Part shown: positions 39,273-52,580 of the stretch, in pieces
How the letters are laid out: each line of letters starts with the position of its first letter
Numbering within the stretch: the first letter of the stretch is position 1
Assembly (NCBI GenBank): GCA_030265395.1
Contig: JARFYF010000001.1
Location: forward strand, 29,623,598 to 29,687,597
Origin: Rhina ancylostomus
Taxonomy: Eukaryota
Reading direction: 5' to 3'
DNA length: 64,000 bases
Position numbers and translations under genes: made by a program
Notes under the pieces: model-generated
Told to the model about the DNA's origin: nothing
Seen by the model: only the letters and a program-made list of their open reading frames with translations
Database searches by the model: none

Positions 39273-39450
39273 TGGTATGGGTATTGGTTTATTATTGTCA
39301 CTTGTACCAAGGTGCAGTGAAAAACTTGTCTTGCATACCGTTCGTACAGATCAATTCATTACACAGTGCAGATACATTGAAGTAGTACAGGGTAAAAACA
39401 ATAACAGAGTAAAGTGCCACAGCTACAGAGAAGTGCATTGCAGGTAGACA
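39273..39450 (-). mobile_element. Rex1/Babar-type 3' UTR
   Basis: GGTATTGGTTTATTATTGTCACTTGTACC..CAGTGAAAAACTT, reverse complement of the 23450-23630 type. Confidence 0.75.
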
Positions 39451-40727
39451 ATCTACAAATAGATTTTATGAAGAAATCTATCTGCATCCCAGAGTAAATT
39501 GCTAATTCCTAATCCTTAGCCTTGGCTTCTTCTGTATCCAACACTTATCTTGTTTCTCACAGCTTAAAAAAATAGTTTTATATTCATCCTACCAAAGTAC
39601 ATAACTTCATAATTCTTCATGTTTTGCATCATCTGTCATCTTATTGTCCATTTGTTTATCCTGCCTATATCGCTTAGAATAATTTGGGTGTCCTCCTCAA
39701 AGCTCATTTTCCCGCTTGGATCTGTTTCATCAGTAAACTTGGTTTGCACTCCGCCTTTAACAAAAACATAAATGTGATTAGTGAATAGCTGAGGACCCTA
39801 TAAAGATCTGCATGGCACCGCACTGATTGTAGACTACCAACTTGAAAAAGACTCATTATTTCGACTCTCTATTTATCCTTTAACCAGTTCCCTAGCCACA
39901 TTAACATGTGCTCAGAATGCCACGAAGTTTGTTTCAGAACCCTTTTGCTGTATTTTATGAAATTACTTTTAACCACCTTCCTTCCACCTTGCTAGTAACT
40001 CTTAGATTTTTAAAAATATTTTCCCCTCATGACTGCCTAATTACATTGTGATCTATATACTGTGTTGCCAATTTCTTGATGGATTCCAGTATTCTGTCAT
40101 TATCAAATAACATACTAAGCTGTCATGCCTACTTGTTCCTTGCTGAGGAACAAATGGCTGAAATAGGAAGTATGTGCACATCACACAGTTTGTTATCCAC
40201 TATTATATAAGGGAGGCCACTGATGACCTCTAACCAAGGAGAGCTAACTGTATTTCATTCTCTCCTGCTAGAGACCAGTGGACAAAGAGAGCTCTCAGCT
40301 TTACGAGGAATGTAAGGTTTCTGATAGTGGAGGGAGCCATTAACTACATAGACTTGACTTTGCAGGGAATGAATGTCTAGTTTGTCCCCTAGCAAAGCAG
40401 AAAGAAATTTTGGTCCTTCAACACCCATCTAACAAATGACCATTGATAAAGTATCTTAAAGGTAAATATCCGTTATCCTGACAGTTGTCATGGTACCTTT
40501 ATTCTGCAATGGCTTCTTGTGCCAGCAGCTAGTGGGCATTGAGGGCTATTTTACCAAAGACATGGCTCAGGAGTTCAATGGACAATTTACATACACTAAC
40601 AGAATGGATTCAATGAGATGAGGCTAACTCAACTCAAAATGTGGTTATAGAACATTGGCATACAGAAACAATACTTTTGTGGGCTCTTTCACTCTTATAG
40701 ACCCCTGAGCATGCAGTGAGCAGGCAT

Positions 40728-41028
40728 CAAGACAAGATATCTTTATTAGTCACTGATACATCAAAACACTCAGTGAAATGCATCTTTTGCGTAGAGTGTT
40801 CTGGGGGCAGCCTGCAAGTGTCACCACTCTTCCGGTGTCGTCATAGTATGCCCACAATTTCCTAACCCGTACATCTTTGGAAAGTGGGAGGAAACCGGAG
40901 CACAAGGGGGAAATGCAAGCAGTCATGGGGAGAACATACAAACTCCTTACAAACCATTGGCAGAATTGAACCAGGGTCTCTGGCACTGTAATAGCGTTAC
41001 ACCAACTGCTACACTACCATGCCTGCCC
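40728..41028 (-). mobile_element. Near full-length V-SINE with Rex1-type tail
   Basis: Minus strand: GGCATGGTAGTGTAGCAGTTGG..CTGGTTCAATTC head, V domain GCTCCGGTTTCCTCCCACTTTCCAAAGA, tail GCATTTCACTG..GTGACTAATAAAGATATCTTGTCTTG. Confidence 0.85.
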
Positions 41029-41039
41029 TTAGGAATAGT

Positions 41040-41422
41040 AAAGTGAAAAAATAACTGGTGGAAGTTGTCTATAGGCCACCAAATAATAACATTACAGTGG
41101 CCCAAGCAAAAAACCAAAAGATAGATGGAGCAGAGGATGCAGAGAGTCTACAGAGAGATATAGAAAGGTTAAGTGAGTGGGCAAGGGTCTGGCAGATGGA
41201 GTACAATGTTGGTAAATGTGAGGTCACCCACTCTGGAAGGAAAAACACAAGATCAGATTATTATTTAAATTGGTGAAAGATTGCAGCATGCTGTTGTGCA
41301 GAGGGACTCGGAAGTGCTTGTGCATGAATCACAAAAGGTTGGTTTGCAGGTGCAACAGGTTATTAAGAAGGCAAATGGAATGTTGGCCTTCATTAATAGA
41401 GGGATTGAATTTAAGAGCAGGG
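41040..41422 (+). mobile_element. Internally deleted CR1 ORF2 fragment
   Basis: Endonuclease motif VVYRPPN joined in frame to post-RT LQRDIERLSEWARVWQMEYNVGKCEV. Confidence 0.8.
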
Positions 41423-41589
41423 AAAATTTAAAATTCATGATGGTCTACTGCATGTTGTATTACCTTGTTAACTTGTGATGACATCTCTTGCCGTCAACTA
41501 AATTATGACCGTTTGTGAAACAGAAGCATAATTCAGAGAAGGAACTGGAAGTGGGTAAGGAACAACTTTCTAGTCAATCTTTCCTTTGT

Positions 41590-42090
41590 TTTGTTTTTCA
41601 TTTCTTGGAACGTTGGCATCACTGGTAAAGCTTTATCCTTGTCTTTGAGAAGTTTGTGCTGAGTTGCCACTTTGAACGCTGCATTTTTCACGGTGAAGGT
41701 ATCTCACAATTCCTTTGGATTGGGAGTCCCAGAATTTGGACTCAGCAGCAAAGAAGGAGCAGCAATATGTTTCCAAGTTAGGATGGTATGAGACACAGAG
41801 GGGAACGTGGAGGTGACAGTGTTCCTGTGCTCCTGAAGCTGGTAGGGGTCACTGTCAGAGTAGCCAGGGCAGCAACATATATGTATTTGTAGGTGATGCA
41901 CTCTGCGGTCATGGCATGGCAGTGGTGAAATGAACAAATGTTTACAGTGCTAATCGAGCAGACTTCTTTGTTCTGGATTGGGTGGGTCGAGCTGCTTGAG
42001 TGTTGTTGGAGTAACTCTCATCTGGATACATGGAGAATACTCTATTATCAGTTACATCTTGCAGATAGTGAAAAGGCGTTGGAGTGTCAT
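41590..42090 (-). mobile_element. Degenerate L2/CR1-like LINE 3' portion
   Basis: SHTILTWKHIAAPSLL..SGTP segment typical of this family; related to 1340-1720 and 29400-29730. Confidence 0.55.
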
Positions 42091-43299
42091 GAAAGAGAAA
42101 GTGAACAAGAGAGGAGCTTTAATAAAAGATCTAATATAAGAATATATGCACTGATAACAATGCCGATGGAGAATTTAAGCTCTTCTTAAGAATGCAAAAG
42201 TATCCCCAAGCCAGTTCAACAAGTTCAAAGGAACCGTACAGGTCAATATTTGGTCCTACTCTGCACTTGCCATCGAAGATTAAGGAAAGTAAAAAAAAAG
42301 GTAAGATTCCATGATAGTAACTGGTTTCCTTTTGAGAGTGTGTCCATGTGAACAATAAAGGATGATGTCAGGTTTCCTTTTGATGTTTCTGCATCTTGCA
42401 CATCCTGGTGTTCAATAAGTTACAACAGTTGCTATTAAGAATGAAAAAATATTTGTCTGGAACAAGTTCTACAATATAATGAATCCCCATGGGGTTATAT
42501 CCTTCTGAGGAGCCAGCATTCCTGGGAGATGAGAGATCAATTGGCATAAGTATTATTTACATACATATTAATATATCTGGACAGCTGTTCTTGTATCTGC
42601 AGAATAGCCAAGCTAATATGTAAAAAAAAGAGTTGCAGTTGGTAACCCATGAAATGATATGAAATATTTTTTTAATATCCCTCATTGGGGTATTGAAATC
42701 TCCTAATTCTTATTACTTGACTTCTAGCCATTTTATATTCAGTATCAAATCCCACTTTTCCGTTAAATATGATACTTCTCAGATAAAGCACGGTAGAATG
42801 TTATTTCAGCTCCCCTGACATCCAGATCCTGTTACTGATGACAGTGATGTGCCCTGAAGACTATTGAGAGTGACCTTGTATGGCTTATCATTTATCACAG
42901 GATATACTCCAATCATGTTACTACCATCCCTTATTTCTGTTTGGCCAGTTCCATACAAAAATAAAATGATGTAGTGTGATGTAAGATACATGTACTGCTC
43001 AGTTGTTATTCTCTTCAAAACAACATTGATTTCAAGGTTTTATTTCTTGGAAAAAAACACTTCTAAGAGGTGTTCTGAAGGTGTACATTTTAAGCTGAAT
43101 TAGTAGTGTAGTCTTCAAGGTTTTTAGCATGACAGTTTCAAGATTATGGACAAGATTATGCAATTTGGGGAAAAAAATCCAGTTACAGTTTCAGCAAGTG
43201 TTAGAGTTCAGAGCCCATATGTAGTTGCTGAAGACTTCTAACACGCTGAGCTGGAAATTTGTTCACACTACTGCAGATTTACCCAATTTCCAATAGCAC

Positions 43300-43423
43300 T
43301 TGATGCAGGGTCTTGACATGAAACGTTAGCTATCCCTTTGCTTCCGTAGATGCTGCCTGACGTTCTGAGTTCTTCCAGCAGCTTGCTTTTTGCTCCAGAT
43401 ACCAGCGACTGCAACCTCTTGCG
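43300..43423 (+). mobile_element. PLE terminal repeat flanked by a 13-bp TSD
   Basis: TTTCCAATAGCAC at 43287-43299 and 43424-43436; insert begins TTGATGCAGGGTCTTGACATGAAACGTT. Confidence 0.8.
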
Positions 43424-43747
43424 TTTCCAATAGCACCTTTTATTTTGGAGCTGAGTGATCTCGCACACTTCTGGATGCCTTAGCATTTAGCATAAAGTTC
43501 ATCTCGTCATTTTTCACCATAAATTCCATATTCCCTGACACTTTTTTTTCTGGTGTACAGCTTCCCTGACTTGCATTAACATTACTGTGAAATGAATAAT
43601 TCACCCTTCAGTGAGATTCTCACCTTACTAGGCTGAAAGTGACAGTTATATTTACCACAGAAAAACCCGACCATACTCATTCAGTTTTCTCTGGAACCAG
43701 GCAATTTAAAGGGCTAACTTTCAAACTGCATTCTTTGCCTTGAGATT

Positions 43748-44480
43748 AAAACAAAAAAGTGAAAGACATACTCAGTAAGTCAGCCAGCATCTACAGAGAG
43801 AAAAACAGAGCTAATGTTTCATGTTGATGACCATTTAATAGAACTGGAAAACTGGGTTTTAAACTCCAGAGAGGTGAAGGGATGAGAGAACTAAGGGAAT
43901 ATCTGTGATAGGATGAAAACTGAGAATGTACAGATGACACTAATGCTGATGGCGGCGTCTAAGAGAGGATAATGAATGCCCGTTAATGATTGTCAATCAG
44001 TCTGGAGGAGAGGTAAATAGAGAGAAATGAATTAGACCAGAGGACAAAGCAATAAAAGCAATGCTGAAACTGAAATGCAAAAAGCACCAATTACTAGAAA
44101 TTTGAAACAAAAGACAAGGCTGGAAATAATGAGCAGATCAGGTAGTATTTGTGAAGAAAAAGAAACAAAAACTGTGTTAATTTTACAAGTGGATATCCTT
44201 GCATCAGAACAGGCTGGATCTGACTCAAGCAAGGGATGATGATTATCTAAAGTTGTTGAATTCAGTATTGAGTTCAGGGAGTGCAGCATGCCCAGACAGT
44301 AAATTAGATGAGAGATACTGTTCCTCGAACTTACTTTGGACTTTGTTGGAACAGTTTTAGAGATCAAAGGCAGAGAAGTCAGGATGAGAGTGGGAATGGA
44401 GGATAGAAATGATCAGCAACTGGAAGTTCAATGGAGGTGTTCTGTAAAGTTGTCGTCCAATCTGTGCTTGGTTTCTCAAA
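43748..44480 (-). mobile_element. Old Penelope-like element: GIY-YIG C-terminal remnant plus two tandem terminal repeats
   Basis: HLIYCLGMLHSL..LN resembles the PLE motif HLIFRLGTLQP.GLN; decayed cores GTTCTGATGCAAGG (about 44197-44210) and CAGTTCTATTAAATGGTCATCAACATGAAACATTAG (about 43811-43846). Confidence 0.6.
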
Positions 44481-47400
44481 TGTATGGGAGCCCTTCCTGC
44501 CAAGAGCCCTTCTCAGCTTTCTCCTCTTCCCCCATTACCAAATAGTCCTACTCAACTCATTTTCCCAGTTGTGCTGCATGGGAAGAGAATTATCTGCTCA
44601 TGTGCCCATGCCTGGTTGCATCTGACTTGTGCCAGTCTGGAAGTCAACAATAAATCATTCAACACATCCCACAGCTTGTTCTGTAAACAATGTAAAACAA
44701 CTAAAGAAAGTGGCAAACTCATAGTATGGCAGAAGAAACTAATCAACCAACCACTATCTGTAAATAGTGGATAATCTCTTTAAATTGTGCTGATGGGGAA
44801 GTCTTTTCTGCTGTTAACACCATTAAAAATGAAAACAGAACATAATCAGAGCCATACTTCCTCAGTTAAATACACCAGTGCTGTCATTTTAGTATCCAAA
44901 TATCACCTTTAATGCTCAAGCAATGGCACCATCAATAAAATTTCAAACTGTGTCTGTATTGTTCCACTGGACTTTCACATTCCCAAAGAAAGCTGTGTGA
45001 ACAACCTCCGCAATAGCAACATGTTAATATATTCATTACTGATCAAATATTCTGCTGCAAGATTTTTCAAAAGCATCCCATTTCATGGAGTATGCAGTTG
45101 ATGTATGAAAGCAAAGATCCTACAGTAATTATCTGCTTGCTTGCACTGATCATGGGCCTGATAAAGAGGCAGCATTGCACCCATTTAGAAACATGGAAAT
45201 TTGTTTTTTTATTTATGATTTGGGTTAGCAAAGGTGTAAATTCTAAGCTGTTTCTCATGGTCTTAAGAACATCTGTGACGACTGCACATGTTGGGAAATA
45301 GCTGTGGCCTGAAACCTAGAAACAATTTCCTTCATTGTTCCTGCAGGACTAATATATGGCCTAGTGCTCTGAAGTACCATGTGTATAGTCCACTCCATAA
45401 ATATCTCCTGCAGTACCACTTCAACCTCCATAAATATCAAGGAAGATATAGGACACTCAGTTGTACCATCACTCATCTGAAGATTAATATTTGTGTCTGG
45501 AGGTATATTTATCTTCATCTTGGGCTGCCAGTTCAGAAAGCCCTGACCACTCAACCTTGGAAAAGGGTAACAATGCATTAAAATGCTTTTTATTTCTCCA
45601 GGAGGTTTATGTTATTTTTCTTTTCCCTTGATATTGTCTGAGTTTATATGCAAAGTTGTGAAAAATTATGCAAATACATTGATCATAAAATTGAGTGCAA
45701 TTTAAATTTGTGATTCAGATTTATCTGAAAACAATAGTGATCAAATGAAGCTTGCCTTAAATATACAATTAGAATAGAGATGAATTTATTCCATCTTTAG
45801 CATCCAGGTGATTTGGATATCTTTGAAGACGGTTAGACCTACTGCCAGGTGTGTTCTGGAAGATTTCTTTAAGTACTGTGTCATGCATTTGATCATAAGA
45901 ACAGATAATCATGACAACACAGGAGCAGTGCTTTTGATCTTAATAATTAATGCCAATTATTTTGCAAATTCAAGATTCTCTGCTGATAAATGTAATTTAT
46001 ACTACTAGTTATGATTTTGATGTTCAATATATTGCTGTGTCATCTGAACACAACATAACAGCCATGGTGATGGCAGGTCACATTCAATATCTTTGAACAA
46101 AGGTTTCTCTTTCCATTAAGATGTAAGATTTCTATCCTCTTGCTCTTAACCTTTCTGACCTCGTATGTTCAAAATAAATGAAAACACTGCATGATCTTTA
46201 GTTATGATATCAGCACAAGTTTACCAATGGATATTTTCTACCTTTCTCATGAAATATTTACAAAAATGCTAACAATTTTAGTCACAGTTCTACTCCAGCA
46301 GTTGGAATATTTGAACAGAGGATGTTTGCTTATAGAGAGGGATGTAACTTATTAAAGCAGCCTTTTCTTGAGAGTGAATATTTAATGAAAGTAATATTTC
46401 ATGAGAATCCCCTGTGACTGGTCTAATATAGTGTTTCATTGAGTTTTTTTGTCTTTCATATATAGATTAGGTAATAAATAAGAATATCTTGCCTGCTATT
46501 GAAGATTGAATTAATATCATAAAAATATGTTGTTTCTGTTACCTAATAGGTGTAAATTCTAAGCTGTCCTTACTACCTACCAACATGCACTGATAGAAGA
46601 TCATGTAAAGAAGATAATTTAACAATTTGTAGTGACAGATGTTGGTATGCTGCCTGGATTTCTTAAAATGCCACTTATCTGGAATAACTAACAGGTTGTT
46701 TTAGAATCATTGAAGAGTTAAAAAGTACCCTTTGTAAAATACCAGTTTTATCTCCCAAAATTTGAAGTTTATATAATCTTCTTTGTGAAGATATACCAAA
46801 ACTAATATTATCAGTTGACGATAGTAATGACGAAAAACAGTATATAATCACATTAACAGCAAAGATTTTTGATTGTGATGGGCAATGTATCTTTCAATTC
46901 CATGGAGACATTGGAGCAGCTATGGCAATTCTATTGCCACTTTGCCTGCACTTGGCACAAACCATAAATCAATCAGAGAACTACCCTGGATTAAATGGCA
47001 CCTTATTAAACAATTTGATGAGCTGCAACATCAGGACTGTTAAAAACATTTGTTTTATGAAAAGAATATTTTTTCAACAGTAATCTGTTTAGAACATTGT
47101 CAGTATACATAGGTTTCACCATAAATACTGTACTTTGTCACAGATAATATGGTAAGTTAATTCTTATCAGGTTTTATAGCTTAGGATATGTCCTGATAGT
47201 TTTAACTTAAACACAGTGTTATACTCAGTTACAGAAACCTAATGACTATCATTTTCATTTCCCAGGTGATGCGTTTAAAGTCTATCCTAATCCAACATTT
47301 GGATTTTTCAATCTAAATAAACATCTTCATTAAGAGTTTATTTAATTGTGTCTACCTTTGAAAGGCATATCAATAATGTTTGCTGATTTTAGCCAGACTG

Positions 47401-50310
47401 CTGATTAGGCATGAAGACATTGGTTCTGAGATCATTTTCTATCAACTGTTTTAAACAGGGACAATACTTTTATTGTAAACAACACATATGATCTGCCCAG
47501 GGGATTGCTTACTCATTCTGTTATAAAATTAGCGATGTAAGAACACCATGATGAGACAGAAAGATATTGCAAGCAATGTGAGCAATTTAAAGCAAAAGAA
47601 AATGGGTGCCAAGAAATTGTTAAAAGAAGTTGCCTGCATTCCAGTAAATTATAGGGATCAAGGAGGCTTTTGAAGGATCTCACCTACAGGAGGGGAAACA
47701 TTTCTTTGTAGATACTATATGAAACACATCTTGTGTGCTGTGCTATAATATGCAAAATATTTGTTGATAAGACAAATATAGGAAAATCATTAATAAATCA
47801 TTATTAAGTTTATAACTAATGTTTTATATTAGTGAAACCCAGTGTTGGGTCCACAAGTAGAAATATCTTCTTTATTCATTCTGTTGAATCCCTTTATACT
47901 TCTAAAGACCACCATCATGTTATGTCTCAACCACCTTATATTTTGAGATAAGAGCCTCAGTCAGCTCAGTCTTTCTTGATAGATATTTCCTTTCAAGTGT
48001 TTTTTTTTAACTTTTTCCTCTGCTTGTGTTTTATTTTGAATTACACTCTCTGTTTTGTATGTTTTCTGGGTGACTGTAGCATCTGAATAAACCCTGTTCC
48101 ACTTCTTTGAATCAGAAGTACCAAGCAATTGGAAGTTCAGAATTTAAAAATGCAACCAACAGTACTGCTTAATTTTACACATGAAGGATAACAGTTAAAC
48201 AAATAATTAAGGTTTGTCTTAAGAGAGATGCTGCTTAGTTTTAATGTCTAAGCCTTTAAATTAGTGGTGATAATATTCTTTGTTGGATGTTGCTGCAATC
48301 TGCCTTAGTTGCCTTCTTCTCTTCCTAGCTCTCCATACATTATTTCATTTCTCATTTAGAAAAGAGATCTCCAGCAGCTAACTTTAGCCAAAATGAATTT
48401 GAGAAAACTATAAAATTGAGTGTAACATCAATTTTATTCCAGCCCAGTATTATATATTTCACTGATTTCTATGGAAAATAAAATTAACATTGCACCCAAT
48501 CCAGGTAGTTTCACAGTGTCCAAATTTCAGATCTCCCTAACGCCAACTTATTATTTACCACTGAGTGAGTTACCTTCCTTTCTCTACGTCTGATGGCTGC
48601 GGAGGCTTAGCCACTGATTTCATTCAAAACTGAGCTTGATAGATTTAAGGATTCTAGAGGAATCAAGGGATAAACAAATAGGGCAGAAAAATGGTGTTGA
48701 GGTAGTAAGCCAGCCATTGTTGATTGACAGAGTAGGCTTGAGGGTCTGCCCCTATTTCTTCTGTTCATGTGTTCCTTTCATGGAAGAAAATAGCTCTAAT
48801 GTCTCTGAGGCAGAGGTGGGATTAGAAGCTTAGAATGTGGAAATCTTGGATATTCAAGATTCAACAAGTCAATAATGGATTGGTTTGGAACTCCAAAATT
48901 CTATCCTGGTATATTGCCATTGTCAACAATTCCCCATAATATTACTTCCCACCTAAAGGTGAAGGAGATTGTCATTGTGGTGATGGGGGGTGGGATGTGT
49001 AGCTAAAACCTCAGGAACTCATATTGCCATTATAATTCAAACTACACACCTTCCAAGAAAGAATACAAATCTACTTTAAATAATAACCTCCACTCTTCAT
49101 TTTCTGTTGAATATATATTCCAAATAAAAACTGCAAAGTACCTGGCAATTGAGCAGAAAAATCTTTTGTTCTCAATATTTTCAGCTACATGGAATCTTTT
49201 TGAAATTATACTAAATGTGGCAGAGAAGAAATTAGAGAATTTGTCAGTGTGCATAATAGATTTTGTGAAAATGCAACCAGCTTAAAAGAAATGAAAAATT
49301 CATTAGTGTGAGTGCTAGCTGATTGCTTTATGCTATTAAGTATTTGAGCATGTAAATTGCAAAACTATCAGATGAAAAATAGAAATATCTGAGTCACTTA
49401 TTAGACAATAATTTCCTTCATTAAATGAGATGTACAGTCATTATACCACTGTTGAACAGACATTTAAATGTATTCCATGGGCTAGGAATAACTAGTTTCA
49501 AAAGACTATTTAATGAATCATTTTAATCTCTCTTTATTGAAAATATTGTACCAAAAGAGCCTATCTTTTGTTTCTCTAGTTTTCAAGCTTTCAATACAAA
49601 TTGCCACCAAAATTGGCGGTGGAGTAAGGTGACAGAAATTCAGAAATTCATGGTGTGTGAATAAATCACTCCACCTCCACACTACTTCCACATATTATAT
49701 GTGCAGATAACAATATTTTTGGTTGTATTTAGGTAATTCTCCACTCTAAACCTACTAATTCAATCGCATATTATACCCGAGTGTTTTTTTGGATAATTGA
49801 AGGAACGTAGGCCTTAATTGCACATTTCACAGCCAGCATTCATTGCATATCACATATTGCTTGTGAACCAAATCTCCTGCTGGCCATTTCAGGACATACA
49901 TTTCTGTGGGTCTGGCCTCATTTCCTTTTCTCATTTGATTTCCCTTCCTAAAGGCTTTAGTGAACCAGATGGGTTTTTGCAACAGCTCACTGGTCACCAT
50001 TATTGATGCTGGCTTTTCATTCCATATTCTTCAATTACTTCTGTTTAAATTTCTAAGCTTCTGTGGTAGGGATTCTTGTCTTGAGATCAGTAGTCAAGTA
50101 CTCTAATTCTAGACTAGTAAGATAACCTTCATACTCTTTTTTTTGAACATTTTATGGGAATTAAACAGACAAACATTCAAATTCAGACATTCTGCAGAAA
50201 TTCAGAGCAAAGTATCTTCATAAGCTTATTTACTTGGAATTGTAGGTTATCTAATCTACAATTCAAAAGGACAAGAAGTGGCTGTGAATTGCCACTAAAA
50301 TAATGGATAC

Positions 50311-50612
50311 TGTGGCAACTTACCTTTCACGAACCGGCTCCCACGATTGTGAGCGTCGTCGGAGGCCCCGACACAAGATGGCACGGGGCACTCCTTCTTT
50401 GTGGGCTAGTGGAGCCCGCGCGCGGGANNNNNNNNNNNNNNNNNNNNNNNNNNNNNNNNNNNNNNNNNNNNNNNNNNNNNNNNNNNNNNNNNNNNNNNNN
50501 NNNNNNNNNNNNNNNNNNNNNNNNNNNGGGGCAGCACACCCTAGTCATTCATTCGACTCTTGGACTCCAAACAAGTGTCTCGTGTCTTTATTCAGTGTAG
50601 CTAGTCGCTACA
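50311..50612. mobile_element. Solo LTR (Gypsy-like or ERV), gapped
   Basis: TGTGGCAAC...GTCGCTACA termini (TG..CA, imperfect inverted repeat), 4-bp TSD ATAC on both sides, CpG-rich. Confidence 0.75.
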
Positions 50613-50839
50613 ATACTTTCTTTCCTGTTTTCAAAAAGACTGATTGATCCTGACTAGCACTTGTGCTCATTGATGGGAGCTTTTACTTCGTGTAATTCTG
50701 GGCATACCGTTATCCACTGGTGCAAATGGAGCTCTCTCTCAAATTTTGTAAGAAATGCAGAGTGCATCATGGTAGCGTAGTCATTGTTGATTCATTCAGT
50801 GCAACAAACAAGAGAGTGGACCTTGCATTAAATATCTGC

Positions 50840-51632
50840 AAAACAAAGAACCACTACTAACCTGCCACCCCTGCCCAACTTTTCCACCTGATAGTAAAGA
50901 TTCATAATGAGAACATGGAACATTTGGATAATTTTCCATAACTGTCTTTCAGCAAAGGCAACTGTCAATGTCAATGATGAAATGTACCTGTGGTTATCTG
51001 AGGAAAAGGGTGTTTGAAGATCAATACCTCCAACACAACACAGAAGTCATGGTTCACCAGGAAGCAATGATCCCTGCTCATCTATATGCTTTGGAGATAT
51101 CAACCACCTAGAGAAGGCACCATCAAAGTACTGGAGGAGTGCTACCAATGCGGTCCTTGCAAAACCCTCCAAATCCACCACAGGAGAAGCAAACCAATGT
51201 CAGAGTCTCCTCCCAGGCTGATACCCTGGCTTTAATTAGACTCAGCCAGCTCTGAAAGGCAGATTATTTGTATAGCCAACACCAGCCTACCAAAGCTACT
51301 CTGCTCCAAGCTCCATCACAGCAGGTGATTACCAGGCAGACAGAGAAAATGGTTCAAGGCTGTAATTGAAACCTTCTTGAAAATATCTTCACCCACCCTT
51401 GGATCCCTAGCCCAAGACTACTTAAAATGGAGAAGGAGGACTCTGAGAATTTTGACTCTCTCCATCAGGAGGACATGGAAGCCAGGCAAAGAAGGACCAC
51501 ATTACACGCAGCAGCTCTAATACCCCATCTGTGACACAGCCTGAAGGGTCAACATAAACCTCATCAGAACCCAGAGAATTCTAGTGGAAGCAAGTCAGCC
51601 TTCATCCCATGAGGCTGCTCAAGAGAGAAGTG
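50840..51632 (+). mobile_element. Degenerate RTE-clade LINE 3' portion
   Basis: LRKRVFEDQ followed by a decayed MVY..V.IP.LLYA.E-type motif and a GAAG-rich end. Confidence 0.65.
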
Positions 51633-52580
51633 AAGTGTGTCACATACGGACTCTGAGGGCAATTCACAGAATCTGTTGTGCTACTTAACCTTAACTGTCC
51701 AGTAACTGGATTTTGCTCATTTTTGGCACAGGTCATGCCATCATTCCTGACATCCAATCAGGACACCCACAAAACAATCACATTGATAAAAGGGGGCGTT
51801 TCCCATTTTCCACTTTGTTAAAATGCTTAGCCGCANNNNNNNNNNNNNNNNNNNNNNNNNNNNNNNNNNNNNNNNNNNNNNNNNNNNNNNNNNNNNNNNN
51901 NNNNNNNNNNNNNNNNNNNNNNNNNNNNNNNNNNNNNNNNNNNNNNNNNNNNNNNNNNNNNNNNNNNNNNNNNNNNNNNNNNNNNNNNNNNNNNNNNNNN
52001 NNNNNNNNNNNNNNNNNNNNNNNNNNNNNNNNNNNNNNNNNNNNNNNNNNNNNNNNNNNNNNNNNNNNNNNNNNNNNNNNNNNNNNNNNNNNNNNNNNNN
52101 NNNNNNNNNNNNNNNNNNNNNNNNNNNNNNNNNNNNNNNNNNNNNNNNNNNNNNNNNNNNNNNNNNNNNNNNNNNNNNNNNNNNNNNNNNNNNNNNNNNN
52201 NNNNNNNNNNNNNNNNNNNNNNNNNNNNNNNNNNNNNNNNNNNNNNNNNNNNNNNNNNNNNNNNNNNNNNNNNNNNNNNNNNNNNNNNNNNNNNNNNNNN
52301 NNNNNNNNNNNNNNNNNNNNNNNNNNNNNNNNNNNNNNNNNNNNNNNNNNNNNNNNNNNNNNNNNNNNNNNNNNNNNNNNNNNNNNNNNNNNNNNNNNNN
52401 NNNNNNNNNNNNNNNNNNNNNNNNNNNNNNNNNNNNNNNNNNNNNNNNNNNNNNNNNNNNNNNNNNNNNNNNNNNNNNNNNNNNNNNNNNNNNNNNNNNN
52501 NNNNNNNNNNNNNNNNNNNNNNNNNNNNNNNNNNNNNNNNNNNNNNNNNNNNNNNNNNNNNNNNNNNNNNNNNNNNNNNN

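Noticed and set aside
40950-41028. tRNA-like A and B boxes (also 1-70)
   Set aside because: SINE heads fused to V domains; no cloverleaf
49580-49630. Possible micro-exon between tttctctag and gtaagg upstream of the DPP10 exon
   Set aside because: Translation does not resemble the expected preceding DPP10 exon (HDPEARW) and the donor is weak
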